Source of the DNA: an uncultured Fibrobacteraceae bacterium
Lineage (GTDB): Bacteria > Krumholzibacteriota > Krumholzibacteriia > LZORAL124-64-63
DNA length: 64,000 bases
Direction: 5' to 3'
Assembly (NCBI GenBank): GCA_964549735.1
Contig: CAZJWO010000001.1
Span: forward strand, 18,348 to 82,347
The notes under the pieces were generated by a model, which saw only the letters and a program-made list of their open reading frames with translations, made no database searches and was not told where the DNA came from. Position numbers and translations under genes: made by a program. Shown in pieces: positions 33,261 through 42,450 of the stretch (its first letter is position 1; each line of letters begins with the position of its first letter).

Positions 33261-33472
33261 GATAGACCATGCAGCCACCAACAGCCGTAGGTCTCGAGGA
33301 GGCCCGGAGTGGAGACGAGCGGAGGCTGGTCGCCACGGGAAGCGGCGGCGAGTCTGGAACAGAGAACGATCGCGTTGGACGCCCTGCGAGTTGCAGGGGA
33401 CGGCATCAGGATCCAGTTCGCCGCTGCTTTCGATCGTCGCGACCGCAACACACCATCGAGGAGAGAAGAACC

Positions 33473-33607
33473 ATGAAAAAGGACTACGACCGGCCAGAGA
33501 TGCTGGTGACGACGATCCAGCTGGGAGTGTTCGGCCAGTATGGCCTGACCGACAGAGACGAGGTCTACGCGCTCCCTATCCCGGACCGTCGTAACTCGTC
33601 TCGTTGA
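33473..33607 (+). CDS. Small ORF (44 aa, MKKDYDRPEMLVTTIQLGVFGQYGLTDRDEVYALPIPDRRNSSR) driven by a sigma-54 promoter
   Basis: RBS ggagaga. Good codon usage. A TGGCACGGGAATGGCT promoter lies 210 nt upstream. No partner biosynthetic genes. Confidence 0.35.
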   Translation: MKKDYDRPEMLVTTIQLGVFGQYGLTDRDEVYALPIPDRRNSSR

Positions 33608-33700
33608 TTCCCGCCAGGATCGTGTCGCTGGACACACGACGTTCCGTCGACGGCGACGCCAGGATCATGATACCCGGCCGCCTGCCACCAGGACTTCATG

Positions 33701-33733
33701 CCGGCGATCTCCTGATCATCAGGAGATCGCCGG
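33701..33733. terminator. Perfect 33-nt palindrome (16-bp arms, 1-nt centre) between the convergent 44-aa ORF and outer membrane protein genes
   Basis: CCGGCGATCTCCTGAT-c-ATCAGGAGATCGCCGG. Confidence 0.45.
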
Positions 33734-33947
33734 TATAGAGGTCGTCCGAGCGGAACGATGCGACGCCTCAACCGCACTCGGATCGATTTCGGCACCGATA
33801 TCGACGCCCCTCCAGCACTTCACCGAGCCGGCGGGGCCGGGGCTGATTCCCGTGGACCCGCCGACACCGCTTGGTCTCGCAGCAGATCGAGCGGTCGCCT
33901 GGCGGGTCCGGAGCCTGGGTCTGGTTCCCACAACACGGTTCCCGGTT

Positions 33948-34638
33948 CTAGAAGACGAGTCCCAGGACCGCCAAGGTGGTGAAACCATTCAGCTTGAAGC
34001 CGCGCAACGAATAGTCGTCGCCATTGAGGTTGATCGCCTGGTCCCCGAAGGAGGGATCGTTCCAGACGTACCTCGCCTCGGCCCCCACGAAGATGCGCGA
34101 CGAGACGAATGCGTTGAGGCCGGTGCCGGCGTGGATACCGAAGGTCGCGGTGCCCTCGAAAGTGTTGGCGTTGTCGCTCACCTCGAACTCCGAGAAGTAC
34201 GCGCCGACACCGAATTCGCCGAAGGGGTAGACCGGTCCGACCGGTACGAAGACCTTGGCGGACAGGATCACGGGAATGACGTTGAACTCGAGTTCGCGCC
34301 GTGCGGCGAGTTGGTCCGCGAAGGTGCCCTTGGATTTGAAGTAGCCGATGCCCAGCTCGAGAGCGAAGGAGGGCGAGAAGAAGCGCCCGAACGCCATCTC
34401 GCCGGCGACACCGGACTTCGTGTCCGCATCGAATGTGTTCTCGACATTGATGTTGCCGAGGTCGAAATCCTTGCTGGGGGAGTAGATGCCGCCCTTCAGG
34501 GCCAGGTAATTGCCGGCCTGCCCCGCCGCCGACGCATCGATCGCCGAGCCCGTCAGACCGACCAACATCGCCACGACCAAGGCGATGCCGCACCGCGTGC
34601 CTTTGCGGCGCCAGCTTTCGTGAAGATTGCGTTGCATG
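33948..34638 (-). CDS. Small beta-barrel outer membrane protein (OmpW/OmpA-like)
   Basis: RBS aggagga. Signal peptide. Ends …AVLGLVF. Sits downstream of the repeat-A sigma-54 leader. Confidence 0.75.
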
Positions 34639-34877
34639 GAATGATCCTCCTGTTCTTCGTTTGCTCGACAGTCGCGGTTCATCCGAACCACGGACCGCCT
34701 GATCCACAGGCCTGGCTTCCCATGCTCCTGTGCTTGCTCACGCCACTGGACAACGCAAGTCCCACGCCACGACCATCAGAGGCTATCCCATTGTCCCGTT
34801 GCGACATAGGAATCGCGACGCTCACCCGGGGGCGATCAAAACCATGGGCACCGCATCATTGCGATGAGGGCGCGATC
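34625..34877 (-). repeat. Repeat A, copy 1. A 255-bp leader carrying a sigma-54 promoter, an ATCAAAAC motif, a 5'-UTR hairpin, an RBS and an ATG, upstream of the outer membrane protein gene 33948..34638.
   Basis: Direct alignment with 36161..36417 at about 90% identity. Confidence 0.85.
34755..34770 (-). promoter_or_regulatory. Sigma-54-like promoter TGGCGTGGGACTTGCG inside repeat A copy 1. The copy-2 equivalent TGGCGTGGGATTTGCG is at 36291..36306.
   Basis: GG-N10-GC spacing with a TTGC -12 element, conserved in both repeat copies, about 100 nt before the start codons. Confidence 0.45.
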
Positions 34878-34984
34878 GCGGCAATTTCGGGGATATCGGA
34901 AAGCTCCGAAAGGAGGCCTGCTCCGCGCCTGGGCGCGGCAGCAGGCCAAGACCTGAACGTACGAAGACACGCCCGCAGTAGCCC

Positions 34985-36106
34985 CTATTTCACGAGGGTC
35001 AAGCGCTGCAAGGCCTCGTCGGTACCGGCGCGCAGGTGGCAGAGATAGACCCCGCTACCGACCGGCTGTCCGCTCTGGTCGCGCCCCGACCAGGTGAACT
35101 CGTGCCAACCACCGTCAAAGGTCCCGCTGGCCAGCAAGGCCACGCGATGCCCCCGTGAGTCCAGGATCTCCAGCATCACGAGCGTGGCACGCGGCAGTTC
35201 GAAGCGCAGGGTCGTTAAGGGATTGAAGGGATTCGGGTAGGCCCGCAAAGCCAGGCCCGGAGCGCTGGGGGGCTGGTCGACCGCGGTGACGACAGGGGCG
35301 ACCGCATCGATGAGCGCCTGCATCAGGATCGGGCCGACCAGAACGTTGGCCTGCACGTTGGGATGGCTGTCCCCGTCGGCATGGCCCCGTTCGAACTCAT
35401 AGCGAAGCATGTTGGCCGCGGGCGAGCCGTCGTCCGGAGCGGCCAGCAGATCGAAGAGGTCGAAGACCTGGATGTTCAGGCGCGGCGGGCTCCCCCGGAA
35501 GTCGGGACTCATCAGCCACGCGGCGAACAGGCGGGCAGTCGACGCGCGCAGCACCGATTGCTCCTCGTGCAGACGGTGCCGGGGCGGCGGGGACAGGACC
35601 ACGAAGACCTTCTCGGGGTGCTGGTCGAAGTAGGTGCGCATGCTCAGGTAATAGGTCTGGTACTGGACCAGGGCCGCCGCCAGTTCGCTGGCAGTGCTCG
35701 CGCCGGCGAAGTCGCACGAGCGGTAGCACGATTTGAAGGCGATCACGTCGTGAGTCATGATGGAATCCCGGGCGGCAGCTACGTGTGACTCCGTACCCAG
35801 CCACTGGTCTGCCAGGCCGTCGGGATTGGTGTTGAAGCCGCAAGCGCTGCCGTAGGGGTACCCTAGCAGCTCGCCGGAGGGATCGGTCAGTCCGATGTAG
35901 GGATAATGGTGGTCCCAGAAGGCGAGATGGGTTTGATCCCGGGCGTTGTGATCGATCAGGTAGTCGCGCATGCCACCTTGTTCGATCAGACCCAAGCCGA
36001 CAGAATTGTGCAACATGAAGATCTTCGCGTCATCGCGAGCGCTGACGGATGCAGAGATCAGAACGCAGCAGGCGACGGCTACTGCGAACCAGCGTAGATT
36101 CAACAT
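34985..36106 (-). CDS. Secreted protein with a type IX secretion (Por_Secre_tail / FlgD-Ig-like) C-terminal sorting domain. N-terminal domain unknown.
   Basis: Signal peptide MLNLRWFAVAVACCVLISASVSA. The C-terminus (ALRAYPNPFNPLTTLRFELPRATLVMLEILDSRGHRVALL…GVYLCHLRAG…RLTLVK) matches the T9SS type-A C-terminal domain. Confidence 0.75.
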   Translation of the reverse strand: MLNLRWFAVAVACCVLISASVSARDDAKIFMLHNSVGLGLIEQGGMRDYLIDHNARDQTHLAFWDHHYPYIGLTDPSGELLGYPYGSACGFNTNPDGLADQWLGTESHVAAARDSIMTHDVIAFKSCYRSCDFAGASTASELAAALVQYQTYYLSMRTYFDQHPEKVFVVLSPPPRHRLHEEQSVLRASTARLFAAWLMSPDFRGSPPRLNIQVFDLFDLLAAPDDGSPAANMLRYEFERGHADGDSHPNVQANVLVGPILMQALIDAVAPVVTAVDQPPSAPGLALRAYPNPFNPLTTLRFELPRATLVMLEILDSRGHRVALLASGTFDGGWHEFTWSGRDQSGQPVGSGVYLCHLRAGTDEALQRLTLVK

Positions 36107-36174
36107 GGGGAAAAACCTCCCGAGACGATACCGTTCTCATTGGTCAGGGGGGATGCCGGCAGATTGTATTGCAT
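36100..36174 (-). CDS. Possible 24-codon upstream ORF created by duplication of the outer membrane protein RBS+ATG. Its stop overlaps the T9SS-CTD gene start (ATGTTGA).
   Basis: aggaggatcactcc-ATG encodes MQYNLPASPLTNENGIVSGGFSPC*. The first codons are homologous to the outer membrane protein start MQRNL. Confidence 0.25.
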   Translation of the reverse strand: MQYNLPASPLTNENGIVSGGFSPC

Positions 36175-36417
36175 GGAGTGATCCTCCTGTTCGTCGTTTG
36201 CTCGACAGTCGCGGTTCATCCGAACCACGGACCGCCTGATCCACAGGCTTGGCTTCCCATGCTCCTGTGCTTGCTCACTCCACGGGACTCCGCAAATCCC
36301 ACGCCACGATCATAAGAGGCTATCCCGTTGTCCCGTTGCGACTTGGGAATCGCGACGCTCACCCTGGAGCGATCAAAACCATGGGTCCTGCATCATTGCG
36401 ATGGGAGCGCGACCGGC
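36161..36417 (-). repeat. Repeat A, copy 2, upstream of the T9SS-CTD protein gene 34985..36106
   Basis: Same as copy 1. It is joined directly to repeat B at about 36408..36417. Confidence 0.85.
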
Positions 36418-36587
36418 AGCAGGAAATACAACACCGCGAAACGCAGGGCGCCCTTCGTGGAGCCCCCTTGCTCGCCGGTCGGCGTCAGGCCTGTGCCGAC
36501 GGCACGGAGACGGGTCGCATTTTCGCGATCCAGCGCTGACAGACGGCCGCCGCCGAGTAGGCCGCGAATAGACCTGCGGATTCGCAT
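36393..36587 (-). CDS. Small basic protein, paralog 2 of the repeat-B module (64 aa). Its C-terminal anchor is truncated by the repeat-A junction.
   Basis: Same RBS ggaggtg. Product is MRIRRSIRGLLGGGRLSALDRENATRLRAVGTGLTPTGEQGGSTKGALRFAVLYFLLPVALPSQ. Confidence 0.35.
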   Translation of the reverse strand: MRIRRSIRGLLGGGRLSALDRENATRLRAVGTGLTPTGEQGGSTKGALRFAVLYFLLPVALPSQ

Positions 36588-36748
36588 GGTTGCACCTCCA
36601 CCTGGGCCCGCGGATCTGACACCGGCCCAGACGAACGCGCGTGGGTGCGAGGGATGCACGGCAGTTCTACGGGGATCGCCGCTCCTCAGGAGCCCTCGGA
36701 CAGAGGATACTGGGCCTTGAATGGTAATGCCGGCGCCGATTCCCGCAA
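36408..36748 (-). repeat. Repeat B, copy 2
   Basis: See copy 1. The distal end is shared (gccggcgccgattc). Confidence 0.8.
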
Positions 36749-36911
36749 TTAGCTTTCCGGCGCAACCGCGCATCGCGGCGTCGGCGGCCAGCGGCCGCCT
36801 CGAGGCTCCACCTCTGCGACCGTCTTGCCGCTGCCCGCGCCGTACGCTAGGATCGCCCCATCGGCGGCGCCGCGGCGGGTTGCCGCAACTTCTTCCCTTC
36901 CAGAGGAACGT

Positions 36912-38951
36912 ATGGCCCGCATCGCCCCAGCGTCCGATCGCCACGCCGCGCCGCCGGTCTCCCCCGCAGCCGCTCGCGTCGGCCTCGCGGCCCTCGTGGC
37001 GGCGCTGCTCGGCGCTGGTCTGCTGGCGGTCTTTCCGCACCCGCCGGACTGCGACATCTGGTGGCACCTCGCGGCGGGCGAAGTCATCGTCGGGCAGAAG
37101 CGGATCCCGACCACCGACCCCTTCACCTTCACCGCTGCCGGCCGGCCTTGGGTAACCCACGAGTGGCTCGCGGAGGTGATCTTCTTCGCGGTCGACCGAC
37201 TGGGCGGCCTCGACGCACTCATCATCCTGAAGGCCCTCCTGGCGATAACCGCGCTGGCTTTCGCCGCGGCGGCGGCCCTCACCGGCGCCGGTTGGCGCGA
37301 GCGGCTCGGCTCAACCGCCCTCGGTGCGCTGCTGGCCGGGCCCCTGCTCGCCACCCGCGCTTTCGCCCGCCCCCACATGTTCACCGCCGCGCTGCTGGGA
37401 CTCGTTCTGTGGCTGCTCTGCCGCGAACGGGCGACCGGCCGGCGCGCGTACGTGGTCGCGCTCGTGCCCGTCTTCTGGACCTGGGCCAACCTGCACGCGG
37501 GGTTCGTGCTCGGACTCGCTCTCGTGGCGCTGTTCTGGCTGGGCGCGCTGCGCGAAATCCCGGCGGCCGACCGCGCCGCGCTGCTCAAGAAACGCCTGGC
37601 GACCCTCGCCGCCCTCTTGCTTGTCACTCTGCTCAACCCGAACCACGTGCACGCCCTGCTGTATCCGCTGCACCTAGTGGCCCGCGCCGAGATCAGCGGC
37701 GGCATCCAGGAACTGCGGCCCATCTTCCATGCCTACTACGACGGCGCGCTCTTCCGGCTCGTCTTGGTGCTCGTGGCTGCGGTCATGGCGGTGCTGTTGG
37801 CGGGAAGCCGCCGCTCGCTCGTCTGGGCGGTGCTCGTGCCCGGCGTGGTGTTCGCAGCGCTCTCGCTGCGCAACTTGCGCGGCGTATCGGAGTTCGCGGT
37901 CCTCGTACCGGCACTCGTCGGTTGGCACGGCGCCTGGCTCGCGCGGCGCAAGGCGGGCGCGTTCGTGTCGCCCGTGCTAGTCCTGGCCGCCGTCCTGGCC
38001 GGCGCACCGGCCGTGCTGCGGTCGGGCGTACCGATGGGCCCGGACCATGTGCGCCGGGCCGGTTTCGGCGTGACCGACCGCGTGTCGCTGGCAGGTTTGA
38101 CCAGCTTCCTGCGCGAAATCGGACCCGACGGCCGCCTGTTCAATGTGATGGGTTTCGGCGGCTATTTGATCCGCGACCTCTGGCCGCAGCGCTCGGTGTT
38201 CATCGACGGCCGCCTCGACATCTACCCGCCCGGCTTTCTCGCCGCGTACGGCGCGCTGCTCAGCACGGGCGACGGGTGGAACGAACTCTGCGAGCGCTGG
38301 TGCATCGCGCTGGCGGCGGTAGACAACAACCCCGGACCCCGGGGCGACTACGGGCTACGCCGCCGCCTGCGCACCGACCCCGACTGGGTCTGCTTATTCT
38401 TCACCCGCAACGCCGTGATCTACGCGCGCCAGGGCGCCGGGCTCGACCACGTCATTGCGCGGTACGGCAGCCGCTATGATCCGGGCGCGGACGCAAGCTC
38501 CGCCGCAATCCAGCGGTTCGTCGCGGCGTCGAGCGCGGTCGATGTCAGCCAGGCCGCCGCCGCGCTCGCCGCGTGGACGGCGCTGCTGCCGGAGGACGGC
38601 TTCCTGTTCTCGCAGCTTGGACAGCTGCTCGAGGCCGCGGGCCGCAACGCGGAAGCGGCGCCCGTGTTGCGCCGAGCCGCGCGGCTCGATCCGTGGACAG
38701 TCGAACTGCGCTTTCTTCTGGCGCGGGCCTTGATCAAAGCCGATTCGCTCGTCGCCGCGCGCATGGAGTTGGCCGCCTTGATCGACAGCGAGCCACGGCG
38801 CCTCGAACCGCTGCTGCTATTGGCAGCGTTGCAGCAGCAGGAAGGCGACACCGACGCTGCGATCGCCACCGTGCAGCGGGCCCGCGCGCTGCACCCGAAC
38901 CATCCCGCTGTGCTACGCAGCCTGGAGGCGATCGAGCAGCCTCAGCGATGA
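36912..38951 (+). CDS. Polytopic inner-membrane protein (GT-C/YfhO-like fold?) with C-terminal TPR repeats
   Basis: RBS gaggaacg. About 12 TM helices. C-terminal TPR-like helices (…LLEAAGRNAEAAPVLRRAARLDPW…). Confidence 0.7.
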   Translation: MARIAPASDRHAAPPVSPAAARVGLAALVAALLGAGLLAVFPHPPDCDIWWHLAAGEVIVGQKRIPTTDPFTFTAAGRPWVTHEWLAEVIFFAVDRLGGLDALIILKALLAITALAFAAAAALTGAGWRERLGSTALGALLAGPLLATRAFARPHMFTAALLGLVLWLLCRERATGRRAYVVALVPVFWTWANLHAGFVLGLALVALFWLGALREIPAADRAALLKKRLATLAALLLVTLLNPNHVHALLYPLHLVARAEISGGIQELRPIFHAYYDGALFRLVLVLVAAVMAVLLAGSRRSLVWAVLVPGVVFAALSLRNLRGVSEFAVLVPALVGWHGAWLARRKAGAFVSPVLVLAAVLAGAPAVLRSGVPMGPDHVRRAGFGVTDRVSLAGLTSFLREIGPDGRLFNVMGFGGYLIRDLWPQRSVFIDGRLDIYPPGFLAAYGALLSTGDGWNELCERWCIALAAVDNNPGPRGDYGLRRRLRTDPDWVCLFFTRNAVIYARQGAGLDHVIARYGSRYDPGADASSAAIQRFVAASSAVDVSQAAAALAAWTALLPEDGFLFSQLGQLLEAAGRNAEAAPVLRRAARLDPWTVELRFLLARALIKADSLVAARMELAALIDSEPRRLEPLLLLAALQQQEGDTDAAIATVQRARALHPNHPAVLRSLEAIEQPQR

Positions 38952-39220
38952 TGGTGGCTGCGGCACGCTGCCGCCGTAGCCGAGGGCGATTGCGTGAAGC
39001 GACGGCTCCGCCTCCCTTGTCACGTGAGATTTTTTAGAGATTTGGGGACAATGACTCGGATAGGCGGGCAGAGTGGCTGGCGCGCACTTGGTGCAAATTG
39101 AAAATCGGATTTTCGATCTGTGCAGATCGGCGATCGGTACCGGAACACGATCCTTACGCATGAGCACACCGCAGAGCGCGCATTTTCCAGGAACACCCCA
39201 CTGGGTAGTCCGGCAGGGCG

Positions 39221-40492
39221 CTATGTCTTCATCGGCTTCTTGCGCGCCGCAGGGAACAGCACGTTGTTCAGGATCAGGCGGTAGCCGGGCGAGGTCGGGA
39301 AGAGATCGAGCAAGGTCGGCGGATCGCCGACGCGATGCTGGTAGTCCTCCGGGTCGTGCCCGCCGAGGAAGGTGAACGTGCCCTGCCCGCGCTTTCCGTG
39401 CAGATACTTGATCTCTTCGGTTCCCTCGACGCGCGCGAGTTGGATGACCGAACGCTTCAGGAAACGCTCGAAGAAACCCGTGGTCTGGCCCATGTAACCG
39501 TTGATGACCGCGACGTGGTTCTGCGTGAGCATAGCCGGAACGGGATCGTACTTGGCAGCGAAGTCGAAGAGGGTCAAGTAATCGGCCTCGGCGCCGCGCA
39601 TGTTCGCGTAGTCGCTGGTGTCGAGATCGCTGAACTCGTAGATCATCGGGTTGGTGGTCAAATTGAAGTTCTCGAAGGCGAAGGTGGCCGTATAGTCGGC
39701 CTTGCGGCGCCAGTCGGGATCGATGGGCGTGCCGTCCATGGGCTCGGGCACGATGTCCACCCCATTGAAGGCCAGGGCGATGTCCAGCGTGTCGGTGGCC
39801 GAGCACATCGCGAACAGGAAGCCGCCCTGCTCCACGTAGTCGCGGATCGCGACCGCGACGGCGTGCTTGAGCTGCCAGACCTTGGCGAAGCCCAGCTCGC
39901 GCGCCAGGCTCTCGAGCATCTCGACCTGCTCCAGGTACCACGGCTGCAGGCCGAAGCTGCCCCAGAACTTGCCGTACTGTCCGGTGAAGTCCTCGTGGTG
40001 CAGGTGCAGCCAGTCGTACTCGTAGAGCTTGCCGCGCAGCACCTCGCGGTCGTAGACCGTGTCGAAGGGGATCTCGGCGAATTCCAGCGCCAGGGTCACC
40101 GCGTCGTCCCATGGCGGCATGTCGGGCGGCGAGTAGACGGCGATCCGAGGCGGCTTCTCCAGCAGCACCGCCTCCATGTTCTCCTGCTGCACGACACGGT
40201 GGATCTCCTCGACGGCGGCCGCGTCGAGCGGCGTGAAATCCACGCCGCGCAGCCGCGCCGTCGTACGCGCGCGCGCGGTGTCGCGCATCAGGAAGCTGCC
40301 GCCGCGGTAGTTCAGCAGCCACGTCACCTTCTCGCCGGCCTGCAGCGCCGCGTAGGCATGGCCGTAGGCCTTCAGGTGCTGCGACTGGGAGAGATCCATC
40401 GGGATCAGGAGGTAATCGGCGAGCGAGGCCGCGGGCAGTCCGGCGCCGACCGGCGCGGCCAACAGGCAGCACAGCAGGAAACGTCTCGTCAT
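39221..40492 (-). CDS. Secreted hypothetical protein with a GATase1/DJ-1-like Cys-containing core (GGFLFAMCSATD). Last gene of the five-gene operon.
   Basis: Signal peptide MTRRFLLCCLLAAPVGAGLPAASLA. ATGA start/stop overlap with the upstream TPR gene. Confidence 0.65.
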   Translation of the reverse strand: MTRRFLLCCLLAAPVGAGLPAASLADYLLIPMDLSQSQHLKAYGHAYAALQAGEKVTWLLNYRGGSFLMRDTARARTTARLRGVDFTPLDAAAVEEIHRVVQQENMEAVLLEKPPRIAVYSPPDMPPWDDAVTLALEFAEIPFDTVYDREVLRGKLYEYDWLHLHHEDFTGQYGKFWGSFGLQPWYLEQVEMLESLARELGFAKVWQLKHAVAVAIRDYVEQGGFLFAMCSATDTLDIALAFNGVDIVPEPMDGTPIDPDWRRKADYTATFAFENFNLTTNPMIYEFSDLDTSDYANMRGAEADYLTLFDFAAKYDPVPAMLTQNHVAVINGYMGQTTGFFERFLKRSVIQLARVEGTEEIKYLHGKRGQGTFTFLGGHDPEDYQHRVGDPPTLLDLFPTSPGYRLILNNVLFPAARKKPMKT

Positions 40493-42450
40493 GGCAGCAT
40501 CCTCAGGCGCTGGCGGATCTCCGCCGCGAAGAGATAGTCGGGATACTGGACCAGCAGCCGCTCGTACTCGCGCCGCGCCGCCGCGCTGTCGCCGCGCGCG
40601 ACGGCGAGAATCTCGCCGCGCCGGGCCAGCGCGCGGGCGGCCTGACGGCCGTGAGGCAGCTCGAGCACGACGCGCTCGAGCTGCGCCAGCGCGGCGTCGA
40701 CGCGACCGGCCTGCCGGTTGAGGTCGGCCAGTTCGAGGCGGGCGTGCTCGAGCAGCGTCTGCGGCGCCGTCATGTCGACCTGGCGCGCGGCGCGCTCGAT
40801 GAACCGCTCAAGAGCCACGCGCTGCGAATCGGGCTCGGCGGCGAGCTGCCACCAGACGGCGCGCGCGTAGCGCGCCAGCAGATCCAGGCCGCCGGTGGGG
40901 TTCAGCAGCTCCTCGGCCACCAGCAGGCCCAGCTCGAGCGCGTCGTTCGCGTACGGCGCCGCGGGATTGTCCAGCGCGACGGCCGCGAAACGATCCCGCG
41001 CGGTGCCGAAATGCCCCTGCGCGAGGTCGAGCTTCGCGAGCAGGAAGTGCGCACCGCCGGCGGGTTCGCGGAACTCCGGGTCGCGACCCAGCGCCGTCAA
41101 TACCTGGCGCGCGCGGACCGTGTCGCGGGCAGCGATATAGCACTCGCCGAGCGTCAGGCGCGCCAGGGCCAGTCCCTCGACCGGCAAGTCGAGATGCTGC
41201 AGCAGTTGCTCCAGACTCCGCGCGGCGGCCTGCGGATCGCGCAAGCGATCGCGCGTGAAGCGGGCCAGCTGGATCTGGGCGGCGTAGAGATGCGAAGACT
41301 CGGGATAGACGCGCTGCACCAGCGCGAGCCGGCCGCCGAACTGGTCGGCGGCGGCCTGCGGATCGTCGGCCAGCAGGTCGTTCTGCAACGCGAAGAGGCA
41401 GCTCTCGGCCAGGTGGTCGCCGGCGCGCTGGCGCAGGCGCGGGCCGAGGGCCTGGTGTTCGGCGAGCACCGGCAGAACCGCCTGCAGGTAATCGCTGACC
41501 GCGCGCTGCTCGGCGCGTCCAGAGAGCAGCGGCATCTCGCGCGTCAGGGTGCCGGCGTTCTGCAGGACCGCGCCGGCGAAAGCGACGCCAGGCAGCCGCG
41601 GCAAAACCAATCCCTGTGCGCCGGAACCGTCTGCGCGCGCCAGTGCGAGATTGGCGGCCAGCACCACGATCTCGGGCTGCGCCTCGGCGGCGGCGGCCAG
41701 CGCGCCGATTTCCCGCCGGAAGGCCTCCGACACCGGCGGCGCGCCGGCGGCCAGCAGGTCGCGGCGCAGTAGCTGGAGGTTGTGCGGGTTGAGCGCGAGA
41801 TCGGTACGCATCTCGCGCGCGGCCTCCTGCGTCCGGTCCAGCGCGAGCAGGCAGACGGCGCGTTCGCGAGCCAGGTAGGCGCGGTCGCCAAGCAACGCGC
41901 GGGCCGAATCGACGAGCGCCACCGCCAGCTGACACCGGCCGGCCTTGACCAACAGATCGGTCGCCACGGCGAACCCGCCCCGCGGCTCGTCGACCAAGCG
42001 GAGGTAGCGATCCAGGGCCGCGCGTCCTTCGTCCATCTCCCGCATCGCGAAGAGGGCCGCGGCCAGCTCCCGCCACAGGCCGGGATCGGCGGGCGCGCCG
42101 CCGAGCGCCTCGCGGCACAACGCGGCCGCCTGCGCGTGGTCGCCGACGGCCTGGGCGATGCGGATGCGGCGGCGGCGCACCTCGTCCTGAGGCGCGCCCG
42201 CGCGCTCGAGGTCCTCCAGCAGGGCGAACGCGCGGCTGTGGTAGTCGTACAGGATGAGCTGATCGATCTGCGCCAGCTGCAGCAGGAATCGCTGGTCCGC
42301 CTGCTGCGGCAGGAACGCGCGCGGCGGGCGCTCGCGTTCGGGCAGCGCCTGGGCGCCGGCCTGCGCGGCCAGCGACACGACGCCACAGAGGACCGAGAGA
42401 CCCCAGAGAATCGCGCGCCGGCGCGCCGAATGCCGCCGCCGGCCGTTCAC
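40489..42450 (-). CDS. Secreted tetratricopeptide-repeat protein
   Basis: Signal peptide. Many TPR-like helical pairs. ATGA overlaps on both sides. Confidence 0.7.
   Translation of the reverse strand: MNGRRRHSARRRAILWGLSVLCGVVSLAAQAGAQALPERERPPRAFLPQQADQRFLLQLAQIDQLILYDYHSRAFALLEDLERAGAPQDEVRRRRIRIAQAVGDHAQAAALCREALGGAPADPGLWRELAAALFAMREMDEGRAALDRYLRLVDEPRGGFAVATDLLVKAGRCQLAVALVDSARALLGDRAYLARERAVCLLALDRTQEAAREMRTDLALNPHNLQLLRRDLLAAGAPPVSEAFRREIGALAAAAEAQPEIVVLAANLALARADGSGAQGLVLPRLPGVAFAGAVLQNAGTLTREMPLLSGRAEQRAVSDYLQAVLPVLAEHQALGPRLRQRAGDHLAESCLFALQNDLLADDPQAAADQFGGRLALVQRVYPESSHLYAAQIQLARFTRDRLRDPQAAARSLEQLLQHLDLPVEGLALARLTLGECYIAARDTVRARQVLTALGRDPEFREPAGGAHFLLAKLDLAQGHFGTARDRFAAVALDNPAAPYANDALELGLLVAEELLNPTGGLDLLARYARAVWWQLAAEPDSQRVALERFIERAARQVDMTAPQTLLEHARLELADLNRQAGRVDAALAQLERVVLELPHGRQAARALARRGEILAVARGDSAAARREYERLLVQYPDYLFAAEIRQRLRMLP

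Noticed and set aside
33473-33607. Calling a lasso-peptide or RiPP biosynthetic cluster around the 44-aa ORF
   Set aside because: No B (protease) or C (lactam synthetase) genes nearby. Flanking genes are a PRC-barrel protein and an outer membrane protein. Kept only as a small sigma-54-driven ORF.
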